Below, in pieces: positions 12,242-26,380 of a DNA stretch of 64,000 bases. Made by a program: the position numbers and the translations under genes. The first letter of the stretch is position 1; each line of letters begins with the position of its first letter. The stretch is from Acanthopagrus schlegelii (lineage: Eukaryota): contig CM085492.1 of NCBI GenBank assembly GCA_041753875.1, positions 12,191,563 to 12,255,562 on the forward strand, given 5' to 3'. The notes under the pieces are model-generated. The model was not told the DNA's origin. It saw nothing but the letters and a program-made list of their open reading frames with translations, and did no database searches.

Positions 12242-15200
12242 GGGAAGAGACAGGGTGTCAGGCCAGCAATATGTTCCAGATAAAATTTAATTTGGCATGT
12301 TCTCAAAGGCTGTCAAATACAGTGTGCTGCGAGCGAACACGACTCTGGTGCGTTTGTTCAATGGCATCCGTCCAGTGTGGAGAAGCTTGTGGATCATGAT
12401 GGGAGCAAACTGTAGAATAGTCACCACTAATATAGTTTATTGTAGTAAGGAAATTAAAAGATCTGATTTTACAAAATGGGATAAGTATGTAGTGTAATCT
12501 AGTGTTTTTTAGCCCCAAACTCACAGTTCTGCCTCTGCAAACCTGCCAAATTTGATTTTGTGTAAAGCATACTGCTAGCCTGAGAACTGCAGCAAGACAG
12601 GGAAGAGGTGGAGGTCAATGGCTATGTTTACACGTACAACAATATTCCCTTAAATTACTGAGGCTTTCTGTTCGTGTGTTGGACCAGGTAAATGTCAAAC
12701 CTTGGGTCCAGTGACCTGGAAAGCTCATTATCTTGGAATTTGAGAGACCTGAATGTGATTGCTGGAACATTACCCGAGACATTTCACAGTTTTAATGGCA
12801 GATCATGACCAATTCTAATACTCCGAATACAAGAATGTTTCATGTGTACAGAGATGTTTATGATCTTGAAAAGAGTAAGCTCTTACAAGAATTATCTAAC
12901 AAGGACACAAGCTAACGCCCAAGATATGTGTGCATGTAAACATAGTCTGTAATGACAGATGAAGAAAAACCAAAGAAAACGGCGGCTTATTGTTGTGTTT
13001 TTGTTCTTTTTTTTGTGTGTGTGTAAAGTATATGTCAGTGTTCTGCCTTAAGTTTGTTTCCACAGCCCAGTCACCAGAATTTAATGTTTGCATTTAACAT
13101 TTCTGCAAGCCACAGATACGTCCAAGGTCAACATTTAAACCAGACACATCATGTCAATAACCATTGCAACGGTCGACCACAGTTTGAGTCTTTGGGGAAA
13201 TTTCCAGCCATTTTGGTGGTGATGAAAAAAGTTTTTTTTTTAAGCCAAACCATGATGTTTTCCTAACACTTAACAAGTGTTTTTTGTGCCTAAATGTAAC
13301 CTAACTATAATCACAGTGTTGTGACAAGAGAGAAATAGACATTTTCCCCTAAAACAACAGTAGTTGCAACATAAAGTTTTAACTTATCTGTGGTTTTGCT
13401 GAAAAGTACTCAGCTAACATTTTTCTGGGGAATGGGTTCGTCATCAATTTGATGTCAGGTATAAAAAGACTGCCCAGCAGTCTTTCTGTTTTTAACTGCT
13501 TAAAGACAAAATTTTGAAAAATTAGGAACATTAGCTGTATGGAGCAAAGGTTTGGTCAGCAGTTGGAGAAAATACTTTTTGATGCCATATGATTGGAGAT
13601 CCATGAACATTAAAGAAAGTTAAATTTAATATTTCAGTAAAGGAATTGATTGTTGTGTTTCCCAACTGTATGTAAAGCAGTTGATCAGATTGTATCATTT
13701 GTCGTTTGTCATTTTTATACAGCTCCAATGTTTTAAGACTTGAAGTAGTGCAGCATACCTTCCATGATGTTAAGATTAATGCTAAGCTGGCTTTTTGCTC
13801 CTGTTATGATAAATGTGTATCTGTATCTGCAAGCTACAATCAGTGGCAAGAATATATATGTGGGAAGAACATTGTGCAAGATTGTGGACTAAAGAAAAAG
13901 TATCTTAAAAGTGCACTTAATGTTAGTATTTTCAATGTCTGTTTAATTTTTTGTTGTCTCCAAATATAAAAGGATCTATTAAACAAACTCCACAAAAAAT
14001 AAATTCATGCACATTATCAATTGGGTTTATTGGTTTTGCACTGCTGTCATAAAAAATACATGTCATTCATGCTATATTCTTCAACTTTTTTGTATTCCAC
14101 TCTTCGCGTTTCTAGTGTGCATACCACAGTATTGTAAGAAAACGTAATCCAGTGTTTCAATAAAACCCCATGGTAAACAGATATAAGTGTGCTTGTATTA
14201 TTTTGGGTTTGGGTTTGGTTGAAGGTGCCATATTACCCATTCTTATCAGTTTACATCAGTTTGTCCACCACTTTGAATTGCCATTACATTAAGTTAATTC
14301 TTGCTCCACAGATGATGAATCGCTATGACTTTGTTCATCCCCAACTTTCCTTCCAGTGCCACTTAGCCCAGGCTAACGTTTTTATTTTAAAGTGAAACTT
14401 CTTGAGAACTACTGGATGGATTGCCATAAAACTGTGGAGATATCAAAGATCTAGATATTCATGGTACCCAGAGGATAAATCCCAATGAGCTGGGGATACT
14501 CGAACTTTTCATGTATCTAATTACATTTTTCTCAACCTCTTTTTCATGAATTGGCCCAAACATTCATAGTTCCCAGATGATGTTTTGAAGTGCCACCATG
14601 AGGTTGACGTTCGTGTTTAGTGGTGGGATTGCCATTACATTTAATTTGTGCTCCCCCAGAGAATGAACCTCACTGACTTTGGTAAACCCTGACCAGAAAA
14701 ATCACATTAAGGTTGAAGTTGTGAATCACTTTGACTTGATACAGATTTGAAAGCTGTCTGTAATTCTGACATATACATTCGGCAACAGGTTTCACAAGTG
14801 ATACAAATGAATTTACTTAGAAAAGAGCAAGGCCGATTGTTTGAAGTGAAAATAAGCGGAATGTAAATCAGCATTGGCTCTGTGCACATTACTTATATTT
14901 CCCTGTTTACTTTATCTCTCGTCACACTGTCTACTTTCCCCACCTCCACCCTTCAGTGACACATTCCCTCCAGCTGCAGATCCCAGTGCAGCCTGCTGGG
15001 GCTCAAGTGTCTTAGAACTCCAGAGTCTCGACTGTCAGGAGCTACTACTGACTACTGCTTCTGGGGACCGGAGTGGGACAGAGTAAACATTTCAGTCACC
15101 TATAAATCTACGGCCAGGAAAGGAGACGGCTACGACGCCCTGCTCCGTCGCAATGACATTACATGAAGTTTATTTTGGTTAAGGAAGGGTTGTATCCATC

Positions 15201-17668
15201 AGCATGGGAACATGGCTACTACAATAGCAAGCTCAGACACTGGAAAGTAAGGAGTTAGTGTTCCATGACTAACATTTACAATTGCAGATGTTCATATTTT
15301 TATCACAAATATTCAAAAAAAGTGTTATAAAATCAAAGACAGAAGAAGAAGAAGAGGAGACAGAAGAAGGGATAACGGATCTCACACCTTAATCAGTATT
15401 AGATTGAGTGGTTTTTTTAAGTACCTTGCTCATAAAATACATACAATTATGCTTATATTGAAAATTGTTATGTGTATTTGCAAACATAGAGACAATTTAT
15501 CTGTGATGTATACTGTTGTTGATGTGATACTCTGCTTCGGTATCTAAATTAATTCTTGGCCTTCCCACTCTGACCCATAAAAAGAACAAAGAGTGTAAGT
15601 CATCGGCACGACAATAGCTTGATGCAATCTCAAATGAAAGAGGCCACAGACGAACGCAGCATCGGGTTTCCACTCCGTAAGCGGATGTGTTGCTCTCAAG
15701 ACAGCCAAGAGTCTAGTGTGTCACAACAGGCACACTTGAGTGACAAGACAATACTAAACCAAAACAACATGCGGCTAATTGAAATAGACACACGGACATG
15801 ATGAGTGGTTGGAAAGGCCCGACATTCCTTCACCTCCTCTCCTGCAGATACAGCTTGTAGCTCTCTGCTGAGATCGAGTCTGGATTCACCTTTTCCTTTA
15901 CAGCCAGGAGAGTCTCCTGGGTAAACAGCTGCGCTGGCTGTTTAAAGCAGCAACTGACGTCATTTTAATGAGTTGTTTCCTAATATGCTCATTTTACTTA
16001 AACACATTTGTGCACATACTCTGACTCTCTGCTGAGACTTGAGTGTATGATCATTTATTCATTACAATACAGGACCTCTTGGTTTGCACGGGTTACAAAG
16101 GGGAACTTTAATACTTAAGTGTCAGCATATATTTATATATGCGTCATCATGGTGAAATAAAAATTGTGAAACAGCTATTTGTGGTTTTATAGAAGGGGTC
16201 ATGTGGGGGACTATCAGCTGCAGTCATTTCCTCTGTGATGGTTGCTATGCAACTTCACTGCAACATTAGAAGGAAGTTCCTGCGCCTGTTGTACGCAATG
16301 AAGAGCCAAAGTCCCATTAGACCTTATTTCAGAAAAAATTTGTATGGCTGTGAACGGAGAGAGACAAAATATTATAGTTTAAACCTTTTTGAATTGTCAT
16401 GAAGCACACAAATGCTGTTTGTCAGTTTAAGAGTTATTTTTTCCGAGACACGACAGTCACAGTTTGTCATCAAACTAATGAAATATAAGTAAAGACTGCA
16501 CAGACAACAGTTGCATCAGTGATGTTGATTCATGATGCAATTCAAGCGGGATCAAAGGATCATTTGTCTCTCTCCTTTCATTACCATACAAAAGTTTTCT
16601 GAAATATGATCCCATGGGGCAAACCGGAGGGTGCGTGGCTTCAGCTCTCTTTCCCCAATTCACACATTCCCACAGCGGCCATTTTTCTCTGACCTCACAC
16701 TCAGGAGTTGTAATGATGTGTTCTAGGGTCATATAAACATAGGCAATCTGACAAATTGTTATCATTTCACTACCTCCTGGTGGATTAGCAACTGTAAAGA
16801 CATTAGATAGTTTAATCTGGACCATATTTCAAGGTAAAACAATTGATAACCAATTCTCTTCCGTGAAACAACCGCTAACATTAGCTGCTGTTTGATACTA
16901 TTTTGTACTGTTTTGATGCAGTTCAATTAGGAAAAGTAAAAATTAATCATGGATGATGTAATCAAACTGTAATGTTAGCTGGGAAGTTGCTGAATGCCAA
17001 TATCTGGTAACGAGTTGTCGAATATGCTGTTTTACCTTGAAATACTGCAGAGTATTCACATTGAGAATATGTAAAATGATAATGAACAATTTGTCAAATT
17101 GCCTACTTATATGTGACTTGCATCCTGGAACACAGAAGCATTATCCCAGGATTCAAGCCTCCAACGTTGGAGGAAAATGGCTGTTACACAAATAAGTTGT
17201 AGTAAGCCTAATATATATATATAACCCTGGGCACGACACAGTTCCTTAAAATCTGTCTTTTGTGAGACTGACAAATTTTGTGAAAGTTTAGTCCTAAACC
17301 CTAGAATAATAAAAAGCCCTAGAATAACCCTCATCGGTCAGTGAATGCTGCAGATTGTTTCCCGAGTGGCCCAACAAACATGCAGTAAATTACTTTAATG
17401 TGATTCGTCTGGTTGTCCATCCTGTCTCCTACATCTGTTGTGTAACATAATACTGAGAGCAAGGACTGTGCAGACAGACTTACAGCTAATGTTTTAAAAT
17501 CACTTTCCTCAGTAAGATTCTGGTCAGCAACAGTACAGAAGCACATGATGAGTGAAATACTGCCAGTTGGAATACAAACACAAAAAGTTGTGCACATTTG
17601 TGCTTACATTAGCATTTGTCAGCCATTAGTATGGGTACTATGAATAAAATGAATATTACATGGTAATA

Positions 17669-17727
<59 letters not shown>
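17669..17727. repeat. (ATT)n microsatellite, about 19 units
   Basis: Direct reading of the sequence. Confidence 0.95.
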
Positions 17728-20700
17728 GTTTATTTTTTTCTATGTTAGCAATTTTAAATAAGCATTAGGGGCTAGTGTCATAGAGTACCCACAAATAAAA
17801 AACATATTTTCTCACTTAACCTAGCTGTAATGGTATCAAACTATGAAACAGGTCTAATAATTTGGGTTTATTAACATACCAGATGTTAATTCAAAAACTT
17901 GAGGTGAATGAAACTGTGCGTTTCTGATGCTCACATCTCATAAAGGGCATTTAATTGAGAATACATTCCAGCAAAAAAGTCCTTTTGAAAATAATGCAAT
18001 GTTTAATGTTATCATACACAATAAAATCACTTGTGCCCCTGTAGCCCCTGCAGCAGTGGCACAAAAAGTAGCTACAGTACTTGCACACGAGTTGCCTAAA
18101 TGTACTTTGTGACCATCACCCACTGTCATTAAGTCGCACAACAGCAGGCAGCAGCCTGACATACCTCAGCGATCCTATAGTTGGCTTGTCTATAGGGGCT
18201 CTATCTTACCAGTGAAGGAGGGAAGATTTTGCACTAATGGTCATTCTGTTATCACATCAGCTGTTTATGATCCAAAGGAGGCATTTCCATTAATGGTCCA
18301 CTTGGCTGCTTCTTCATGAACCTGTGTGTGTCACTCAGGCTGACTCAGAGAGCTCACTGCCTGATGTTTGAGATTATACCTCCCCCTGGTGTCTCTCACG
18401 GGGTGTGTAGAAGAAGAAGATATGATGTGTGAAACAATCAGGGCTTAAGGCAGGATAAAGCCTTCCTTTTGTATGTACTATGCCTGATTCTTGAATCGAG
18501 ACATGAAAAACAAGATGAAGCAGTGTTTCTTGGAGCAGGGTTTCATGACGTCAGTCAGCAGCTGTAAACCAGGGTGACCCTGCCCGTCTGTTCATAGTCT
18601 GGGAAAATACAGATAAAGTTGTGTATTGAGAGGCCACGTAAGACAGAATGGACTACATTGCTGCTGACTATGACAGAATTTATGAGACTTGGAAAATGTG
18701 GTTTAACCTCGAACCAGCACAGACACATAGCTGTGACTGAAGCGTTTGGGGCAAATGATTTTTTTTCAAGTTTTTTGCGAGTGATAGAAAACCAGTGCTT
18801 ATTAGTTCACACCAGGGCTTAGGATTAGTATTTTAGTTTAGTTTTTATTGTTTCTATAAATTTGTGTACTATTAGGTGAGACAACTGTAGACGACTGTTA
18901 ATTTGTTGAATGTACGAGGATGAATATTGGATCTAATAATTGACCAAGCCGCCCCCTGATATACAAAAGGCTGGGGGGTTTCTTTAAACATGTACTCATA
19001 TTCAGTTACTAATTACCAGTGTTTCAAAAAGTACCCAAAAGGCACACTTGACTTGAGCAAAAGTAAAGATATCATGTTGAACTATCACATTAGTATGAGT
19101 GAAAGTCACCCATACAAATGGTAATTGAGTAAAAGTCCTGAAGTATTGGATCTGACATGTACTGGAGTATCAGAAGTTTTTTTGTTTTTTTAAACATGTG
19201 TTGCTTTGGCTCTGATGAAGTAATCTGCAAAATAACTAGTGACTAAAGTTATCAAATAAATGTGGTACAGTAAAAAGTACAATACTGCCTCCAAATAAAG
19301 TGGAATAGAAGTATAAGGTAACATAAAGAGTACCTCAAAGTTGTACTCTACAGTACTTGAGTAAACGTACATTCCATTCCATCATTGCTAATTACCAGTT
19401 AAAACACCATCCAGGTATCACAATGAAAAACCCATTTAAAATAATGTAACTTAATTACTTTCTGGTATTTACCTCAACACCAAACATATGCAAAGGGAGG
19501 AGAGAAAATAAATATCATAAGTTTTATTTAAACTTAATAATGAGTTGGTCTGTTGTAAGAATACATGCTCATGTATTCAGACTCAAGACCAGAGTGATGT
19601 CCAGTGAGTGAAGTGTTCCAGACAAGTAAATAATTCACTTGTTTGTAATCCCTTTTTTGCTCAATGTATCTTTAGTCTGATTACATCTTTTTCTGCAACT
19701 TTAACGGAATAGTTACATTATCCTGTTACCTGTATTGTGTAACTCCCCATGCCTGATCATATAGTATGTATAATTTCCCTTTACTTGCACTTTTGTTACT
19801 TAAGTTCATTTAATATAACATTCTGTAAGACCTTCACTTGAATGCCATTCGTATGGGCAACTTTACTTTCCGAGTAATTTTTTAACACCATATCTTTACT
19901 TTTACTCTAGTATGACTTTAGGATACTTTGTACAGCACTGTGATCACCTGGCTCAGTGGCTTGTGCTTGTATTTACCTTCCATTATTTTTGCACCATACG
20001 CCTCTCATGAACTTTCCTGAGCGGCAGCCAGAGAGAATATCTGGAACTACAATAGTCGGTGTCATGAAGGAGTTATGGCTTCAGATTCCAACATTTAGTT
20101 CTTCTTAGAAGATGTTCAAAGCATTACGGCAACTATATCTATCCCTTACCATGAAAGCTTTTTTGGTCTGGAGATCCCAACATGCCCTTTTACGGTCTCC
20201 CTGATCCATTTAGACCCATAAAACTGTCAAGAAAACGTATAATGCTACTTTAGCGTCTTTTAGTTACAATGGCACGTTTTATTGCTTTTTGCAGTAATTA
20301 AACACTTGTGTCCACCCTCACTCCTTTTTACTGGGGAACGTACACATATCGGAAAATAAGAGCCGTGAAGTTTTACAGCAGGTTGAATAATGTCTCGAAT
20401 AGTTGCTGATTTAGGGTCGTTGAGGCGTCCCGGCCCCGAGTCCCCCCAGGTGGCACTGTTTCTTCAACACATTAAGACAAACCTGCTCCGCTTAGAGAGG
20501 ATCTAACAAACTATTTCTCATAGAGACCTTTCAAACAGCTCTAACAGTCCCAGCTGAGTCACATCATCCCTTTCGTGAGGTCAAGCTACCTTTTGTCTCA
20601 ACACTTTACCTTTACACCAGACTCAACATCTACTGAGATACAGTGAATCAGAAACAATGTCAAAGCCTGATTTGTCAACTCATTAATCCATAATATCTTT

Positions 20701-21337
20701 GTCGACAGCCAGTTTCTAAAATTTTCTCTACTAAAAGGTTATTTTATTAGATTACTGCACAGCAATCTTAGAAAAAAAAAATGCTGCTTTTTGGCAACAC
20801 AGGATCCTAAATTCTGTCGCCATTACTCAGAAAATTTCCATCCCATCCAGGAACTGAGCAGAGTAATGTGTTCTTACTGCGGGACGGATTACGTTTAATC
20901 AAAGTAAAGACAAAATTGTGGAAAGGTTTAACTTGAGACAAAGGAAATCTAATTTAATACTTATGTGGGATCATAGAAGCCACAGAGAATAGCTTGTGTA
21001 TCAAACCATTTAGTTTTTCCGAAAGTTTGAAGCTTTTTTCCGTCTGTCCCTTTCCTCTATACTGGATTCACCTCGCGTGAGTGTTTATTTCAGTTTTTGC
21101 AAGAAAAACACATCAAACGCCAGCTCATTCTTGTATAATTTATATTGAAAACATGTTAAAAACATTAGTTTCCCTTTATAAAACAATAACAATTTACCTG
21201 TGGTCAAAATTACAACAGTGTCCTGGCAATCAAATTCCCCCCGGTCAATATCGCATGTAACTGGAGCACCTTTATACCGAGTGCATAATGGATTCAAAGT
21301 TATGCTGAATATCAGGCGGGGATGAGCTGCTCTGAGC

Positions 21338-21408
21338 TCAGTTTGGCTGGTTGTCCATCTGTGAGCCTGACTGGTACGACTGGATGTCCTCCCCGATGAA
21401 CTCCGTCA
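21338..21408 (-). CDS. nfatc4: NFATC4 terminal coding exon (VTEFIGEDIQSYQSGSQMDNQPN*)
   Basis: Acceptor ctccctccacag|; resembles the human C-terminus ITLEEVSEIIGRDL; in-phase with exon 12; stop TGA at 21338-21340. Confidence 0.7.
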
Positions 21409-21752
21409 CTGTGGAGGGAGAAGAGAAGATCACAGTCCTGTTAAACTCCCCATCCACCTCAGATACTATTATCATTATTACATTATGTATCATTAACATA
21501 AAAGTTAAGGTTGCCAAATGGCTTCTCTAGCAGCTACAGGTCATTGGCGACACATATTAACAGCATTAAGTTGCTGATTTGATGGACAGTTCACTTAAAA
21601 ATCCAAAAATACACACCTGTAATTTTGTTCGTGCTTTCTTTCATTCTAAGGTCGATGTCACTGGATCACCAATCAATTCATATAAAGAATCTGATACTAA
21701 CAGATACGACACATTTGCACTTAATAAGATCAAGATAAACGCATCAACTCAC

Positions 21753-22460
21753 CTTCTTCAAATGTGATGTGGTGCATAGAGGCAGAGCTGGTGAACTCCA
21801 GGGGGCAGTCCTGGATCTTGGCATCCCTCTCTCCCCCATGTTCTATCCCCAGCACCCTTCCCTGGGGGTCCCAGCCATCGTAGTGGGAGTAGGGTGCCGT
21901 GCACATGTCCTGATATTGGTTGTTGTTGGAGGGAGGGGACGGACACACCTCCTGAGGATAAGCAGAGTAGTGGGGGTAAGGAGAGGTGGGGATGGGAGGC
22001 AGAGGGGAGGTCGAGATGGGGCTACCGGCAGGAAACGGGCTGAGAGAGGAGGAGTGGGAGGGAGACGGCGAGGAGGACAGGTAGGGCGAGTCCAGCCATG
22101 GGGAAGGGGAGGGGGAGGGAGGCTGCGGGCCGCGGTGGTACAGGGGAGGGAGGAGCTCGGTGAAGCCCAGCTCCAGGTTCTCAAAGCTGGGGTGACGCTC
22201 GGACAGGGCTGCCCTGGACCCGCCGGGCTCCTCCGCCACAGCATCGGGTTTGGAGCAGTACTCCTCGTGGTAGCCCATGGTGGGGCAGGGAGGGGAGTAG
22301 GTGGAGGGGTAGGGGGGCAGGTGGAAGCCCAGGCTTCGATCATCAGCCACATGGAAGCCCCGGTCCATCCTGGGCTGAACCCCCACAGGACACACAGATC
22401 CCCCATCCAGAGGCAGCACAGAGGGCCGGGACAGCAGCGGGTCCTCCTCTTTGAACATTA
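21753..22460 (-). CDS. nfatc4: NFATC4 exon 12, large Pro/Ser-rich C-terminal transactivation-region exon (IMFKEEDPLLS … SPSP-rich … ASMHHITFEE)
   Basis: Minus ORF 21730..22458; compositional and positional match to the human NFATC4 C-terminal P/S-rich region; donor gtgagt. Confidence 0.85.
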
Positions 22461-23026
22461 CTAAGAGGAGAGAAACAGGTTAACTGATCTGTGGAGGCAT
22501 GATTTCTATTTACTGTATTCTTTTCTCTCCAAATGAAGACATACTATGGCTGTGACATTTTTCTTCCTATTTTCTTATTTTAAAATGGTACTTAATATAA
22601 CACATTTTAGGAAGAAGGAAAAATATTTTTTACAAAATACAGAGAACAATAAACAAACATCTTTTTTATCCTTTTATATAAATGTCTAATGATATTTTAA
22701 TTTGCAGGATATCTTTTTTTTAAAAAGGTAGACTTTTATGATGAAACTAGAATAAAACCATGTACAAAACAATTTAAATAAATGTCTTCCCTTTCTTTCA
22801 AAGAGAGGAAGTATATGTATGTTTTTTATATATACAGTATATAAATATATAAATAACTTAAGTTGTATATTTTACAACCCAATCGACAGACTAAATGTTG
22901 TTCATGTACCTACTGCTTTTGCAAAGCTCGTTGGAACTTTTCTTAAAGTCTGATATTCAATGTTATATTGTGACAGCGATGTGCAGAACTAGCTAGCAGG
23001 TGAGTCAGGTGAGACTGCACACTCAC

Positions 23027-23153
23027 TGGGGAGATACTTGAAGCAGTGAGTGCTGCTCCGTTTCCTCTTCCCATTGGAGACATAAAGACTAACCGACATC
23101 GGCCGGCTGATGGACAGGTCGCTGTAGGCGGGGACCCTCACGCACAACAAACA
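23027..23153 (-). CDS. nfatc4: NFATC4 exon 11 (CLLCVRVPAYSDLSISRPMSVSLYVSNGKRKRSSTHCFKYLP), includes an NLS-like KRKR
   Basis: Matches VTLTLTVPEYSNKRVSRPVQVYFYVSNGRRKRSPTQSFRFLP; acceptor gtgatag|, donor gtgagt. Confidence 0.85.
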
Positions 23154-23292
23154 CTATCACAAAAAAGAAGGTGTGGAGACAAGACGATGACGTACATTAC
23201 AACTTGAGCACTGATATAAAGTTCATGTTGCTCTGAATTGGTTCTGTAAGGATTTTTTAAAATCAGATCATATCATTCAAACGCTACATTAC

Positions 23293-23348
23293 CTCGTTGC
23301 TGTTGTCACGGTCGATATGAGCCTCCTCCTCCCACTGTAATTTACCAT
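23293..23348 (-). CDS. nfatc4: NFATC4 exon 10 (DGKLQWEEEAHIDRDNSNE)
   Basis: Matches DGKLQWEEEATVNRLQSNE; acceptor tcttag|, donor gtaatg. Confidence 0.85.
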
Positions 23349-23614
23349 CTAAGAGATAAGAACATACAGTAAAATTATGTGTGACTTAGATACACACACA
23401 CACATACACAAAACTTGCTCTTGCTGCAAAACACCTAACACTAAAGGTTTTGTCTCAGATTTTGTACTGAAGTAAAAGTAGGTCACTGAATACTTACTTT
23501 ACTAATACTAAAGTTTAGAACAGTTATGTGAGAAGTAAAAGTGCCTCATTCGAACAGGCACAACGTAAATTAGGGGTTTAAATGTATGTATGTGTATGTG
23601 TAATTTACTGTACA

Positions 23615-24842
23615 TACACTATATTGCCAAAAGTATTCGCTCACCTGCCTTGACTCGCATATGAACTTAAGTGACACACCATTCTTAATCCATAGGGTTT
23701 AATATGAAGTCGGCCCACCCTTTGCAGCTATAACAGCTTCAACTCTTCTGGGAAGGCTTCCCACAAGGTGTAGGAGTGTGTTTATGGGAATTTATGACCA
23801 TTCTTCTAGAAGCACATTTGTGAGGTCACACACTGTTGTTGGATGGGAAGGCTCTTAGTTTCTGCTCAAATTCATCCTCATATTCTATGGGGTTGAGGTC
23901 AGGACTCAATGCAGGCCAGTCAAGTTCATCTACACCAGACTCTCTCAACCATGTCTTTATGGACCTTGCTTTGTGCACTGGTGCACAGTCATGTTGGAAC
24001 AGGAAGGGGCCATCCCCAAACTGCGCCCACAAAGTTGGGGGCATTGAATTGTCCAACATCTCTTGGTATGCTGAAGCATTCAGTGTTCCTTTCACGGAAC
24101 TAAGGGGCCAAGCCCAGCTCCTGAAAAACAACTCCACACCATAATCCCCCCTCCACCAAATGTTACACTTGGCACAATGCAGTCAGACAAGTACCTCCTG
24201 GTTGTTAGTTGGTAGCTCTCCTGGCAACCGCCAAACCCACCAGACTTGTCCTTCAGTTTGCCAGATAAAGAAATGCAATTCGTCACTCCAGAGAACACGT
24301 CTCCATTTCTCTAGAGTCCAGTGGCGACGTGCTTTACACCACTGCATCCACTTGCTGATGTAAGGCTTGGATGCAGCTGCTTGGCCATGGAAACCCATTC
24401 CATAAAGCTCTCTATGCACTGTTCTTAAGATAATCTGAAGGTCACATGAAGTTTGGAGGTCTGTAACAAGTGACTCTGCAGAAAGTTGGCAACCTATGCG
24501 CATTATGCGTGTCAGCATCTGCTGACCCTGCTCCGTCATTTTACGTGGCCTACCAGTTCATGGCTGAGTTGCTGTCGTTCCCAATCACTTGCACTTGACT
24601 GTGGAATATTTAGGAGTGAGGACATTTCACGACTGGACTTGTTGTACAGGGGGCATCCTATCACAGTACCATGCTGGCATTCACTGAGCTCCTGAGAATG
24701 ACCCATTCTTTCACAAATGTTTGTAGAAACAGTCTGCATGCCTAGGTGCTTGCTTTTATACACCTGCGGCCATGGAAGTGATTGGAACACCTGATTTCAG
24801 TTATTTGGATGGGTGAGTGAATACTTTTGACAATATAGTGTA
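23615..24842 (-). mobile_element. Tc1/mariner (Tc1-like) DNA transposon copy of about 1.2 kb, internally deleted, with terminal inverted repeats TACACTATATTGCCAAAAGTATTCGCTCACC… / …GGTGAGTGAATACTTTTGACAATATAGTGTA
   Basis: Both TIRs are visible; internal minus-strand ORF fragments encode Tc1 transposase (HTH region, WRRVLWSDE, DDE core with FQHDCAPVHKA and LDWPALSPDLNPIE) in several frames; lies inside an NFATC4 intron. Confidence 0.9.
23826..24790 (-). pseudogene. Tc1-like transposase, frameshifted and truncated
   Basis: ORFs 24536..24790, 24183..24539, 24092..24298 and 23826..24137 are consecutive transposase segments in different frames. Confidence 0.85.
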
Positions 24843-25148
24843 TGTGATGTAGTGTATACTTCTTGCAGCGTAACAGTGACTGCTTTTAAAATGACTGTAT
24901 TGAGATGTATCAATTTACATTGCTAAAGCTGCTGAATAAAATAAAAAAAGAACAGAAATGAAGCTCAAATGAAGTGCCTTATTATCAACCTGTGTATTAT
25001 TGGCACTCGATTTAATCTATACTCATGTCTCTGTGTTCATGTCTTACTTTTCTATTTTTGACTGGTTACATTTTACTCAGGTATTTGTCAAGACATTCGA
25101 GAACATCTCAAACAACATTAGAAAGCTCTGTCCTCTGTGGGTCTTTAC

Positions 25149-25289
25149 CTGTCCCTCTCTCCATGAAAAGGACTCTGGAGATTGGCAGGAAGTTCGAGCC
25201 GCTCAGCAGCAGCTCCTCCCCTCCCTCCACAGAGCAGGAGGTGAGACTGACAGACTCGATGACGGGCAGCTCCTGAGCTGAACGCTGGG
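25149..25289 (-). CDS. nfatc4: NFATC4 exon 9 ([46 protein letters not shown])
   Basis: Matches [47 protein letters not shown]; donor gtaaag. Confidence 0.9.
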
Positions 25290-25461
25290 CTGAAGAAGGA
25301 AGAGACAAGCGAATTAAACTTCAGACGTGCTTCTTACATGAAGTGTCAAAAAAACATCAAGACTTTGGCGACCCCAAGTGGCGACGCCTGCCACAAATCT
25401 GACACATGGCAGCTTTAACAGCCTCTTTGCAGATTAAGTGTCCATAAAATGAGCTACTCAC

Positions 25462-25649
25462 AGCATTCGATGGGCAGGGAGGCGACCTGCAGAGCAAGGA
25501 CTCGACCAGGCGGGGCCAAAGGGGGCGCTAGAGGGAGGTGGGTGCGAAATACCAAACGGACACGTGTGTTCTTCCTTCCAACGTCTGTTTCTCCTTTCCT
25601 CAGCTCGATGTCCGAGTTCCTCAGTTTCAGAATCCCAGCACAGTCGATG
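25462..25649 (-). CDS. nfatc4: NFATC4 exon 8 ([35 protein letters not shown]…[11 protein letters not shown])
   Basis: Near-identical to the RHD DNA-contact region [37 protein letters not shown]; donor gtgagt. Confidence 0.95.
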
Positions 25650-25916
25650 CTACAACACAAAGAATTATTTTGGCAAACTCAACTCAAAATTTATCAAGAG
25701 AGATGCTGATTAACCTGTTTGTAGATCATCCTGTTTCAGCAATTATAATGCTGGTTGTAGTAGGTATTCAGTGCCTTACTTATTGGCATTTAGCGGCTGT
25801 TGCTCAGTAGCCACATTCTTCAACATCCAGTAAACTTGGAACTAGAGTTCAAGGCTGAATAACAAGCACAAATCAAAACTGTTGCAGAGTAAAATCTTCT
25901 GGTCTGTTTTACTCAC

Positions 25917-26018
25917 AGTGCAGTCATGTTGTTCTCAGGGTTGAGGGGGATGTCCAGCAGTTTGGTCCCCGCCTGGACGCTCTCATGACTGGCAGTACCC
26001 ACCATCTTCCCCGTCACC
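25917..26018 (-). CDS. nfatc4: NFATC4 exon 7 ([34 protein letters not shown])
   Basis: Matches [34 protein letters not shown]; donor gtgagt. Confidence 0.9.
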
Positions 26019-26380
26019 CTGAAAGGTGAAGAAAATGTTCAGACATGCATGCAGTGCCCCACAATTCCTGAACAGGGTAGGATGAAACAGATTAACAACA
26101 CATTTGATCATTGATCCATAATTTAAGTTTAAGTTAAGTTTAAAATGTACATGTTCCAGCAACTTAAATGTAAAGATCAATATCTTTGGAATTTGGACAA
26201 GCTTTTGTTCTTATACTGAAAATCTGGCAGAAGAAATTTCCTGGACCTACACAACAAGCAGCCGGTGGCTGGTTATGCAATGGTTAAAGCCACAGTGGTC
26301 AGATGGTGAATAGACAGTATGCTGTGTGGCCTTGAATTTTAATGCTTCGTGATAAGTTTGATTTTCAAACAGAAGAGTAC

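Noticed and set aside
21769-22464. Long plus-strand ORF (231 aa, Gly/Arg-rich) and the overlapping minus-strand 187-aa ORF 21843..22406
   Set aside because: They are antisense or alternate-frame shadows of the GC-rich, Pro/Ser-rich NFATC4 exon 12 and have low-complexity composition; the true frame is the minus ORF 21730..22458, which continues NFATC4.
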